From Vicugna vicugna (lineage: Eukaryota), in assembly GCA_013265495.1 (NCBI GenBank), contig MU063682.1:434001-498000 (forward strand): a DNA stretch of 64,000 nt, written 5' to 3'. Below the pieces are notes generated by a model. The model made no database searches and was not told the origin of the DNA. It saw only the letters and a program-made list of their open reading frames with translations. Each line of letters begins with the position of its first letter. The stretch's first letter is position 1. This document shows, piece by piece, positions 10,986-22,030 of this stretch. The position numbers and the translations under genes were made by a program.

Positions 10986-12914
10986 ACAGGACGTTGAAAG
11001 TAAGCTATGCAGACCCCAGTCAGGCAGGTATGAAACAACTAAAATGCAAAGTTCTCTGCAGCTGATGAGATTGCGGTGCAGAGGAGTTCACTGCATTAGC
11101 CATCAAAACTCAGTAACAACAGCAACCACAGAGTCCCAGAGAACCAGCCTCAAAGAAGGCAGCAGACATTCTTCGAAGCCTTGCAGCTTAATATGCAGCT
11201 ACAAAACCCCTGCACCTGTTTTAGGAGAAGCTCACTGCCTCTTAGAAGCAAGAGCCTTCTGAAGATGTGCACTGCGGTACTGACATGCCCGTTTTCGAAT
11301 GCTTTTAATGAACTAATTAATTCTGCAAAAACATTAGTACAAAGATGTGTGCTACCAAATCGGGATTACAACACCAAAATGATAACAGAACAGGACGTGG
11401 AAGACATTTCTAAAGATACCGGGTTTTGCAAAACATTAATTTTCTCCCCTACACATTAAAATAAATTGCAAAGTATTTGTTATTAAAGCCTTAAAATAAC
11501 TTGCCGGACAGATGGCTTAGTTCTCAAAAGTCTGACCCCTCCTCAAAAGGAAAAAAAAACCCAAACCCCAACAAACCTGGACTCCAGCCAGTGATTCCCG
11601 TGTTAGTGAGATGTTTAGCAGCTCAAACGAGATTTAAATAGCATTTACCCTGCATAGTGTGCATGATACATGCTGTTCATTTTCTCCACCCATAGAAAAT
11701 TTGAAAGTTAGGAATGCATGTATTAATAAACCACTTTTTTGGGGGAAAGGGTAATGCCCAGTAGATAACAAAAAGAGAATAATTTGCACCATCTGAAAAC
11801 GATTGCAGATTTTCCTCCACACCTGTCCAAACTGATGAGCCCGCCGCCAGGACTCTGCAGTGGGTGGAAACAGAAGGGGGCTGGTTTAATTACTTCATGA
11901 GCATGAGATTGCCTGAAACTCCGACTATCAATCTCAATACGCTGAGGAAAAACAATCGGGAAACTTAGGTCAAACGGGCTCACTTCTTCCCTTTTGGTCA
12001 AACTTCTCAGATTTGTAAAATATTGGCATCATCATGTCTGTGGAAGGTTTTTGGTTATTCTTTAGCTGCACATAAAAAAGCAAGACTAGACGCGTTAACA
12101 GACAGAAAGAGGAACGTTTGCTTAGCTTTCTCCACCATCTCTCCCACACCCCCTCCCTTACTATCTCTACCCAACTAGCTACCTACCTACTGTTTTTCTC
12201 TTTCAAAGAAAGATACTTAAAACTTCAAAATCCATTTATGGGAACTCCACACCTGAGCAGACACAGCTGCCAAGAGCAGGAAGAGGGAGTGGAGCCAGGC
12301 CACAGCAGAAGGCGGAGCCTTCCCCTCTTCTCTCCTGAGCAGCTTATGAATTTTGTACTACACGAATGTGTTACCTGAACAAATTTAAGAGAACACTTGG
12401 GCAAGCAAACAAAAGCTACCTACATTCCCGAAAGTTGAAATAAATGCACAAAGACTCACCCCACACTGAAATATAAAGACAAACCTTCCTCCTTCTATCG
12501 GGTGTCAAGCAGCGCAGGAAGCCCGAGGAGTCTGGACGGGAGCATGGGCCAAGCACCGCCGCAGACACAGAGCTCTGCTTGCACACGCCTCCGCGTGGCT
12601 GGCGGTCAAGGGCTTAGTCTGTGAACTGTCCACGTTGTAACTACTAACAAACAAGGATTGAGCGCCTACAGCCCTCGGTAATGACTGTGCTCAGGGAGCG
12701 GTATTAAGCACCAAGGGTAGAAGAGCCCGTAGTAGCTGGCTGGCGGCAGGCTTCCCGGGAGAGGCGGACGGGTCCCGCCCGCGCTTTCTGCTGGAGGAGA
12801 GCCCCCCGGGTTGAGCGGGAAAGTAGGCCTCGCTCTCCAGTTTTCAAAGCACTTTTGTATTCTTTACCTCATCTGCTCTCTCACCGACCCTGCGAAATAA
12901 GGGCAAGTGTAAAA

Positions 12915-13045
12915 CGCCTGCTTCATAAATGACAGAAAAAGGAGGCTAAATGACGTGCCCAAGGTAACCGCACAGCTGAGCGGCCGCGCTGGGCCCAGAG
13001 CCCAGGCCTCTGATCCCCGTCCCAGGGCTCCCCTGCGTGCCGCAG
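12915..13045 (-). mobile_element. MIR
   Basis: aaaaggaggctaaatgacgtgcccaaggtaaccgcacagctgag...cccaggcctctga is the reverse-strand MIR core and 5' part. Confidence 0.65.
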
Positions 13046-14994
13046 TGCTTTCAAAGGTCTGTGAGGATTCCATGGAAAAAGCAGATTGTCTTTTTGTCAT
13101 TTCCCAGACTTTATAAGACAACTGAGAAATTCTTTTGTAGCATACTCACAAAATGGAACCAACGTATGATTTTCTCTTCTCATTCAGTGAAAATCTACTC
13201 AGTGCCTAACTGAGCCTGGAGTCTCGGTCTCTGCCTTCATGGGGCTGACACTTCACTTGGTTATAAGCCATTTTCCTTCAAGGTTGCAGGCTTATGTCCA
13301 GAAAAAAAAAACAGGACAACTAAGTTAAATTTCCTTCCAACTTCCTCTTGGGATAAAAACGAATGTGCAACTTTGGTAGGTTACAAGAAGGGGCGAAAAT
13401 CAGAACACTTGTTTTGCACTTTATTTTATATTAATAACTAACAGGTAGATGTTTTTCTAAACTTCTTTTCTTCTTGCATTATAAGTTTATTCAGATGTTG
13501 ACAGATCCCAGCTTTTCCTTAAATGTTTATATAATGTATTAAGCTTAGGAAAGAACTGTAAGTTCGCTCAACTTCTACCTCCAGAGAAGACAAAAAAAAA
13601 TCAAACAAAAGACACCCATATTGAGCTTTCCAGCAATACCAATTAACAAGTTATTAAATCAGTCATCTCTGTCAGAGCTGCTACAATGACACTTAGAGCT
13701 CAGATGGGTGGCGATGACTGTCAGCAATTCACACGTGAGAAAGCACCCCTGGCCTCTGACTTTCCACCAGGGAGGCGGCTGGGCAGACAGTGTGCGCTGA
13801 AGGCTGCACCCTTCCTACACTCCCACAGCTTTCCTTCCTGGCTCCGATGACAGCTGCGGACCGGTCACCACGCGCAGACCGGCCTGTTCCGATCCGGCAC
13901 TTCTCAGCAAGGCTTTCATGTGGCGACTGGGGCCAGTGACAAGGAGTTTGCTGAACGTACACACACACAGAACGAGACCTCATTCCCATTTGATTTTTTA
14001 ATGCCCCGGAGAACACACACTGTAGCCTTCACACAGAGCATGCTAATAATCACTGGACACACGACGTGTTCCCGTCCTAACACTACAGTAAGCAAATGCA
14101 CCCTATAGTAGTCAGAAATGGGCAACACGTTTCAGGAAACCACGAAGCTATTTTTTCCCTCATTCTAGGACAAACAGATTTGCGTGACAGTCATTTCAAG
14201 TTTCATTTTCACTTATCAGACAATGATTCCTTGAGGAGAGCCTGAGGCCCACCACCTCCTCCAGTCTCTGCAGCAGCTCTGCACATAATACGTGCTCACT
14301 AAACATTCGGTGAAGCGGACTGATTTAGGCGGAAGGGATCAAGGCTAAATAAAGAACTCAGAGTAAATAGAAACTTGCTTTGTAATTGTTTCTTTGACAG
14401 AAAGTAAAAAATTCTAAAGCAGAAGACGTCACCCGACAGCTCAGACACCGTTTCCGTCCCCCTCGCCCATCCTGAGGGTGGCTGGGCCGCAGCGCGACAG
14501 GAGACCATGAAGAACGGAGAGTGACTGAAGCAAAACTTAACCTTCCTGGGAGGGGTCTCTCAGTGGGAGCTTCGGGGGCTGCACCACCTCAGGGCCGTCC
14601 TGGTGGCTGGAGTGCTCCCTGCCCAACTATTCACTCTGCATCGAATCCCCAAGTCTCCCTGACCCCAACCTTCAGAGGAAATGGTCTCCAAGCTCCCAGA
14701 CAGAAACCCTCTCTCCTGGCATCCTTCACTCGTCCTTCAGCAACCACATCACAGTCCGCCCCACACACCTGGCTGAGGGCTGCTCAGTGTGCACCTTCCT
14801 TGCCAGACTGTGAGCTCCATGAGGGGAGGGCACAGTCCAGCTGGTTCCTGCCGTCGGCCCCCGCACACCGCCTGGCGTGCAGCCGGCTCCCAAGGGCTAC
14901 CTGGTGAGCGAGTCGGGCCGGCAGCGCACCAGAGCCTGAGGCCAGGGCTTCGGAATCCCACAGACACGGAGCTCCCGTTCTCACTCCTGCCTGC

Positions 14995-15150
14995 GTCTTG
15001 GACAAGTGGCTTGAGCCTCTCTAAGCTTTGGTTTCCTCATCTGTCAAATAAGGATAAAAACACCATCTCCTCCAGATGGTCGTGGTGAGAACTAAATGGG
15101 AGAGTGCAGCGCCACAAGCACTTAGCACAAAATAAGCAGTTAGTAACATG
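14995..15150 (+). mobile_element. MIR
   Basis: cttggacaagtggcttgagcctctctaagctttggtttcctcatctgtcaaataaggataa...gaactaaatggga...aagcacttagcaca. Confidence 0.8.
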
Positions 15151-16764
15151 AACTTGTTCCTTCCATGTGTACAACTGTCGCCTTTTTCTGAAGAAGAAGG
15201 TCAGAAACTTTGGCTTGAGTCTAGAGGAACACAGACCCTCAGGGAGCCGATCAGACCAAAAAGCACTTGAAGAATAAGCATTAAAGACGGGGACGTTCTC
15301 TCAGGTTTCCTGCTCATTTACGCACACTGCTGCGCTGCACGCTGCACGTGGCAAGGAGAGTTCTCCCCACCACTTCGGCATGAAGGCAGACGGCAGAGGG
15401 AAGGCCGCTGCCAACGCTGAAACAGGACTCCGCGCGGAAGTGGGCTGGCGGGAGCAGATCAGGCTTCTAGTACGGGATCCGTGCTGAGTCCTCCCCTGTC
15501 CCCCGTCCTTCACCCTGCCCTGTGTGCCAGGACGCTGGCCCACACTCGGATGACATCACAAGCCTTTTACCCTCTGTCTTCTGGTTGGGTTCTGGTCAGT
15601 GACAGGCACTTGCCTGAGGTTCGGCGAGGGGGAGAAGTGTGAGGTCTTGGGGCACGAGGATGGCTGTGACAACTCAAAAGAGACAAGACACCAGGGGCTC
15701 CAATCCCACAGTGGTGAAGGTGTGGGTCACCTGCCATCCCGCAGACGCACAGGTGGCAGAGGGTAACGGGGACACGGCCTGGTGGTGGCAGAAGCTGGCT
15801 ATGACTTCTAACTCGGGCTTTGCTACCAGCTGCAGGGGGAAGGTAATAGTTTCACGTTCACTGTTTCTCGACACCCCCCTGCCCCATCACCTCACAGAAA
15901 GAGCGCGGGGGCCACGACCAAAGAGACATGTGCCCTCCAGACTGATGCGCCCCTCCACAATGTTCCCCATTTGGCAGGCTGAGCACGGGGACCTCACGAG
16001 TGGGCTCCTCCGCCCGCTGGCTTCCAGCTGGGTTTGGCCAAAGGGAAGCACTGACAGGAGATGTGGAAGACGGAAGGAGAGTGAGGTCAGGGTATCACCT
16101 GCCACAGCGTCACCAGGAACCGGCTGCACCCCCTCACAGCAGCCCTCTCCACGCAGCGCACACATGCTCTCTCACGTTTCAGTGAGCACACGCTCCCCTC
16201 ACCCTCGGGGAAGGACTGGCTAGGGGCCCGGGGCTCTCATCCACCCGCCTGCATCTCTGGAAACAGCCCCTTTAGTAAAGTCTCCCCAAACTGGAAATAG
16301 TCCCTTTGTTGGAGACTCCTCCCAGAACAATGAAATAAATCATGACATTACAACCAACACTGTGATTCTCCTGCTGGAATAAGAGAGCTGAAAAATAAAT
16401 TGAAAAATAGTTAAATGAATTGAGGATAACACTGATATGACTATTCTAAATTGATAACAAAGTAAAACTTTACATACATTCTGCTTACTTAATTCAACAT
16501 TATTCATGTAACAAATACTTCCTAGAGTGTTTTAACTGTGGACATGGCTAGTTTTGAAATTCATGGCATTTAAACAGAATAATGGAATCAGAATAAAGTA
16601 TCTGCCTAACTGAGAAGCTGCTACCCCAGGCTCCCGAGGCTCCTCTTACTGCCCCTTTCTCCTTAAAGGGGCCACGCACCTCCACGCTGCGGGGACAACC
16701 ACTCCTTGTCAGACCAGTGCCAAGTGCTAATTTGCTTCTCCCTCAAATTAACATTTGCCCAGAC

Positions 16765-17201
16765 CAGCAATCTGCAAAGTATGACACGCGTACTCAGAGT
16801 GGTATGTGAGGCGGTGATGTTAGGTGATACACGGATGAACACTTTCAATTTAGGACACTTTATATAGAAAAATATATACCCAGGAAATAAAACCTGTGAT
16901 TTCATGGTTATTACTTCTTAGAATGAGGCTAATGTTTTAAAATGAGTTTATTTAAAGAAAAATATTATGCAAATAATAGAACAGCTGACCAAAGATTATA
17001 ACAAAAATCCTATCAGTGGGGTGGGGGATGGGGCGGGGGTACAGTTCAATGGTAGAGCGCATGCTTAGCACGCATGAGGTCCTGGGTTCAACCCCCAGTC
17101 CTCCATTTAAAAAAATCATCTCTTCATCAATAAAACAAATAAGAAAACACCTTTTAAAAAAATCCTATAGGCGGTTGTAAATGACTGAGTTAGAAACTCC
17201 A
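16765..17201. mobile_element. hAT-Charlie-type MITE interrupted by a SINE
   Basis: The left part cagcaatctgcaaagtatgacacgcgtac...gtgatacacggatgaaca...gatttcatgg...ttagaatgaggctaa continues after the SINE as aggcggttgtaaatgactgagttagaaac. Confidence 0.55.
17014..17157 (+). mobile_element. tRNA-derived SINE, camelid type (Vic-1-like), full length
   Basis: The body gggggtacagttcaatggtagagcgcatgcttagcacgcatgaggtcctgggttcaacccccagt carries Pol III A and B boxes and an A-rich tail. An 11-bp TSD AAAAATCCTAT lies at 17003-17013 and 17158-17168. Confidence 0.9.
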
Positions 17202-18074
17202 TTCAAGTAAGGCAGGTAATTAAACAGCTTTGTTTCAAAAAGGCTTTGCTTGTCTTTGTAGACCGCATTTTTTTCATTCTAAATGAATCTTCACTTTCAG
17301 ACCTTAAAATAAAAAAAGGTTTTCACGCATGCATCTGGAGCTATCGAAAAGGGGAGATACGGCTAAGTGTCCTAGGAGGGGCTGGGTGTTTAGGTCAGCA
17401 ATATGGTGGAGGAAGGGCCGCAGCGGATCAATCACCCTGGGAGCCGACTACACTGGAACGTGCATCTGGGAATCTGCCCTGCGAGCGTGGGACGAGGCCT
17501 CCTTAATAGAAAATGAAATGGCTTTCACCTGGGCACCAGCATGCATGGCCACAGGCCCCAAAATTCCTTCTGCCACTCTCAAAGGAGTCAAAAACTGTCC
17601 CAGAACATACTTCTCCCAGTGGATCCAAATGTAGGATTCTGCTGGAGGCAGGTAAATGATACTTACAGTACCCTGAACAAATTCTCGGAGGGCGCCCCCT
17701 CCAGGTTCATGGTGGCCTCACCAAACCAGAGCCAACTCAACATTTATCATATTGCCCTGAACTGAGAAATTTTGGGTAGTCTTCCTAATCCTTGCACAAG
17801 CTCTTTTATACTGTGCATCAGAGGAAAACTCAAGGTAATCAGTCTGACCCTCTGCTCAGTCATGTCACCCCCCAACCCCCGAGCCCTGCCTACTTGTCCT
17901 CCCCGCTCACACCCCATCCAGAAAAACCTTTCCTCTGCTCAGGGAAAGGTGGAAACTTCAGAGGAGCAAAGCCCACTATTTACAAACAAGGAAAGTCTTA
18001 AGAATGATTAGGGGGAAAAAAAAGCTTGGAAGGGTAACATCATCTGGGAACTGTTCCTGAAAACAGCCCGTAAC

Positions 18075-19345
18075 AATCATCTCTCAGTAATTACTGGAAC
18101 AAGCAGAAATCAGTAAGAATATACAAGATGTGAACAATACTCGCCACTAACTTGACCCAAATGACACCCGCAAACAGTAGCACACACACACTTTCCAAGT
18201 GCAAATGGAACATTCATCAAGAGAGACCACAAGCTGGGTCTTAAAACAAGTCTCAAAATTATGCAGAATGTGTTCTCTGACCACAACTGAGGTTAAAAAA
18301 TCAGTAACAAAAATGTATCAGGAAAATTTCCCAGGTATTTAGAAATTAACAATATACTTCTAAATAACTCACGAGACAGAAGAAATCATAAGGAAAATTA
18401 GAAAATATCTTGAACTGAATGATAATAATAAAAATATATCAAATCTGTGGGTGCACCAAAGCCAGGCTGAAGGGAAATTTATAGTTTAAAAAAGCTTAAG
18501 TTAAAACAAAAGAAAAATGACCAAAAGATCAAAGATCAAAGCTTCCATTTTAGGAAGTTAGAAAAAGAAGAGTGAATGAAGCCCCAAGTAAGGAGAAGGA
18601 AAGAAATAGTGCCTGTAAATGAACGAAACACAAAACAGATAAAAAATAGAGAAAAATCACTGAACTCAGGAACAGATAACTTGAAGGAAAATAAATAAAA
18701 TTGAGACATTCCTAGCTGGACTGATCAAAGAAAAAGAAAGAGCAGACATAATTTACCAATATCAGAAACATCACTCAGATTCTGGAGACATTAAAAGGAT
18801 AATAAAAAAAATATTATGAACAACCTTATGTGAATAAATTCAACAACTTAAATGAAATAAACAGTCCTTGAAAGATATAAATTATGTAACTAAATATGAA
18901 GAAATAAAAATCTAGATTGCCCTCTATCTTTTTTTTTCAGTTCACTGAATTTGCTATCAAAAATCTCCACATCAGAAAACTCCAGGCCCATATGGATTCA
19001 CTGGTTAATTCTAATAAAAAATTTAGGGAAGCAATAATACCAACCTTAAGGAAACTCTTTCAGAAAACAGAGGAAGAAGGAACATTCTCAACATATTTAA
19101 TGGGCCAGAATTGCCCTCAGACTGAAATGAGACAACAGCACCACAAAGAAAGAAAATGGCAGACTATATTCTTCATAAACAAAGACACAAAATTCCTTAA
19201 CAAAATATTAACAAATAGAATCCAGCAATACATAAAAATGATGCTACATCATGATTAAGTGATTTCTAGAAAGGCAAAGGTGAATTAACACTGAAAAATC
19301 ACCCCATGTTGTGGTATACACAGAAAATGAAATATTCAGCATAAA
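18075..19345 (+). mobile_element. LINE-1 ORF2 relic (endonuclease end to RT start) plus a short 3' piece
   Basis: ORF 18917-19258 contains IIPTLRKLFQKTEEEGTF and NKDTKFLNKILTNRIQQYIKMMLHHD (L1 ORF2: [26 protein letters not shown]). ttctctgaccacaa marks the EN SDH motif. Many stops and frameshifts. Confidence 0.92.
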
Positions 19346-20014
19346 AGGGTCCATTTTACATAAATAATACCTCATTAAGGCTGATTTTTTAAAAATGTTT
19401 AGAATATGTGCTGAATTCTCTGAACTATTCTCAGATATTACTGGGGGGAAGAGTCAAATTAAGTAGTTTAGACAGGTCTTGGGGAGACCAGGGAAGAGAC
19501 TGGATCCCTGCGGAACTGTATGTGGTGAGAACTCAGTTTGCGGTTTGCTGCGCTCTGCACCTGCGTCGGTGCTGGGGCGACCAGGAGCAACGTCGCAGCT
19601 CTAAACCAGGTGCGGGCAGGAGCAGTGTGGGGAATCACCGCCCTAACAGGCTCAGGAACCAAGCTGGCTTTCATCATCATTACTGTCTTCTCGTCGGAGC
19701 CTGGAAACAGTCCTTACAGCTTGGGTGGAAATGGACATGAACCCACGGAAGGAACGAGAGGAGAGGCAGCCTTCACATGCCAAACGTGCCCACAGCAGTA
19801 GATTTCAGCAGGACGACCTCATGCCGTGAAGCCCTTTTGGTCTCCATATGTGCCCATCTGGATTATTAAGAGTTTTATGTGCATTTAAACATAGAAAACA
19901 CTTTGGATATGTTTGGACCTGAACATCACTAGCAAAGCAAGATAGTTCCCTCAAAACAACTTTGGACAGAAACACTTTTTCACGTTGAAAGGGAACAACA
20001 AATGTATCAGGAAG

Positions 20015-20195
20015 GCAGTACTATGGTTCAGAGCATAAGCGTGAGTCCCACTGCATGGGTTCAAGTCCCAGCTCTACTAAGTGAGGCAAGTTACTGGGCT
20101 TCAATCCTCATCTTGAAACGAGGATAACAACAACATCTCTCATAAGGTGGTTTTAAAGACTAAATGAGATAATGTGTAAAGAACTTAGCACATTT
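20015..20195 (+). mobile_element. MIR
   Basis: gggttcaagtcccagctctac...ggcaagttact...cctcatcttgaaacgaggataacaac...ttaaagactaaatgagataatgtgtaaagaacttagcaca. Confidence 0.85.
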
Positions 20196-21069
20196 CCTAG
20201 TATAACTAACATGCATACATACACACAGTAATAGTAGGTTATGTGATGACCGTAAGTCAGTACCTTAAACTCTGAACCCTAGTAACTGGGTCCTTTTGCC
20301 TCTGTTTACTCCATCACATCGCCTTAAATAACCCAAAGTGTGCAGGGTAGTGTGTGTAGCTGAGAAAACCCAGGACTGGGTAGAATCTGGGCTCTGGCCT
20401 GGGTCTCCTGCTCACTCACAGGGCCACAGTGGGCAAGCCACCTAGCCCGCCTAGCCTCGGCGTTCTCTTCTTTGGACTAGAGGATCCCGAAAGGTATTTC
20501 TAACTAGCCAATTCAATATGCGTTTCCTAAGAGCTTATTCTATGCACAATGAAGCAATTATACAGTTCCTAAAGACTATCCATCTCTGAATGGTACATCT
20601 GATAATTATTTTAGAAAATTTAATCAATCAGAATACCCCATCCCTTAACCTTTGTGAATAACTGGAATCTATTGTACTTTGGTAAAAAATTAATCAGTGT
20701 TTTAACAGCAGAACTATTCCAAGTATAGTCCTGGTGTAAAACACACTGCCTTGTCACTGTCCGCCAGGGTCCATTACCAGAAATGTCTGAAGAAACTTGT
20801 AACTGAAAGGACTACTGCAACCAACTCTTAGGACTAAAGATGACTGTCTTAACAAGAACCCCAGGAAACAGCAATTTTGTAATCAAGGAAATTTACAGGA
20901 AGGGCCCTACCCACTAGAGTTCACAAATGAATATTTACTGTGGCTGAGTAGGCTGCCCTAATGTGGCCGAGTAGGATGTGCAGAGGGCATGTGTAATTAA
21001 AGGGCACATAACTAATACATCTTTCACTTGGGGAATCTCAGAATAAAATAGATAAAAACAAATATTTAC

Positions 21070-21158
21070 CGGGGGGAGGATACAGCTCAGTGGTAGAGGT
21101 CCAGGGTTCAATCCTGAGTTCTTTCATTAAAAAAAAAGATAACAAAACAAAAAACCAG
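21070..21158 (+). mobile_element. tRNA-derived SINE, camelid type, internally deleted
   Basis: ggggggaggatacagctcagtggtagag|gtccagggttcaatcc followed by an A-rich tail. A 10-bp TSD AAATATTTAC lies at 21060-21069 and 21159-21168. Confidence 0.88.
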
Positions 21159-21739
21159 AAATATTTACTTAAATGTTAATGGCTTTAGGAACAGAAGCCA
21201 GGAATATAAGCATCCAGGTCCTTAGATTCTTAAGTTTCAGACACTCATTCCTAAAAACAGAAGATCTGCTACGATGAACAGATGCAGCCGAAATTCAGGT
21301 TCAGTTGTGTCATATTGATCACTCCATTTAATCCTCCAAACATCACCATGTACACCTACCCTGCGAAGGCTGTAACTCAGCTGATCTGTGAAGTGGGGTG
21401 TGTGTGTGCAGGTGTGTACATGCACCGTGCACCCCCACACACGCAGAGCAAATTTCAAGAGCTGGGGACACAGCTCACAGTGCTCAGACCCCACACTGCC
21501 CTCCATGCAGAGGACTGCAGTGAACCACCCTGCAAATGAGTCAACAACACAGTGATGTTCAAATCAAACACCCAGAACTGTGTTAATACGAGGATAATGT
21601 GTAAAAGGAGAGAGAATCGTTCCATTTTGGTAAAAACAGGTGCAGTACCAGTGAGGACAACGATCAAGCGCTGACACACCGGCGTGTGTGCTGAGAAGAC
21701 AAACACAGCGAGTAAGGCTTTTCGGGAACAAGGTGCATA

Positions 21740-22030
21740 AGACCTCACTCATGACAGGGGGCGAGAGAGTCTGTCTTTAACAGAGAGGAGATGACACGGT
21801 GACTCCTGAAACATGCAAATGGGAGTTGCTGGGTGAAGACAGATCAATTATTCTTGGTCGATGAGAATAATAAGGGAAAGTTCCAGCAGGGAACACTGAG
21901 GTTAAATATTAGGCAAAACTTTACAAGTGGAAGGCCTGCTAGCAGTCGAGAGGCTGCCGGGAGAGGCAGGGAAATAAGCACCCGTGGAGGCACTTGGGGT
22001 TCAACTTGACACCTGCCTGATTACAACTGG
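21740..22030 (+). mobile_element. CR1/L3 3' ORF2 relic
   Basis: aagttccagcagggaacactgaggttaaatattaggcaaaacttt...gaggctgccgggagagg...cccgtggagg follows the CR1 3' pattern (aggttggacattaggaaaaacttc...ctgcctagggagg...cactggagg). Confidence 0.6.

Noticed and set aside
12867-12890. Possible ~22-nt minus-strand microexon (ttatttcgcag|...GAG|gtaaag)
   Set aside because: The donor is weak and the pattern is at chance level.
15639-16223. 194-aa plus-strand ORF
   Set aside because: GC-rich chance ORF rich in R/S/P/G, with no homology I can recognise and no splice or promoter support.
17031-17110. tRNA-like sequence with A and B boxes (also 21070-21120)
   Set aside because: A-rich tails, TSDs and no complete cloverleaf indicate SINEs, not tRNA genes.
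18917-19258. 113-aa ORF with RT-like residues as a possible gene
   Set aside because: It is a frameshifted fragment of a dead LINE-1 ORF2.
21400-21445. Imperfect TG/CA hairpin
   Set aside because: It depends on G-T pairs that become mismatches on the transcribed strand; this is simple-repeat-like sequence.
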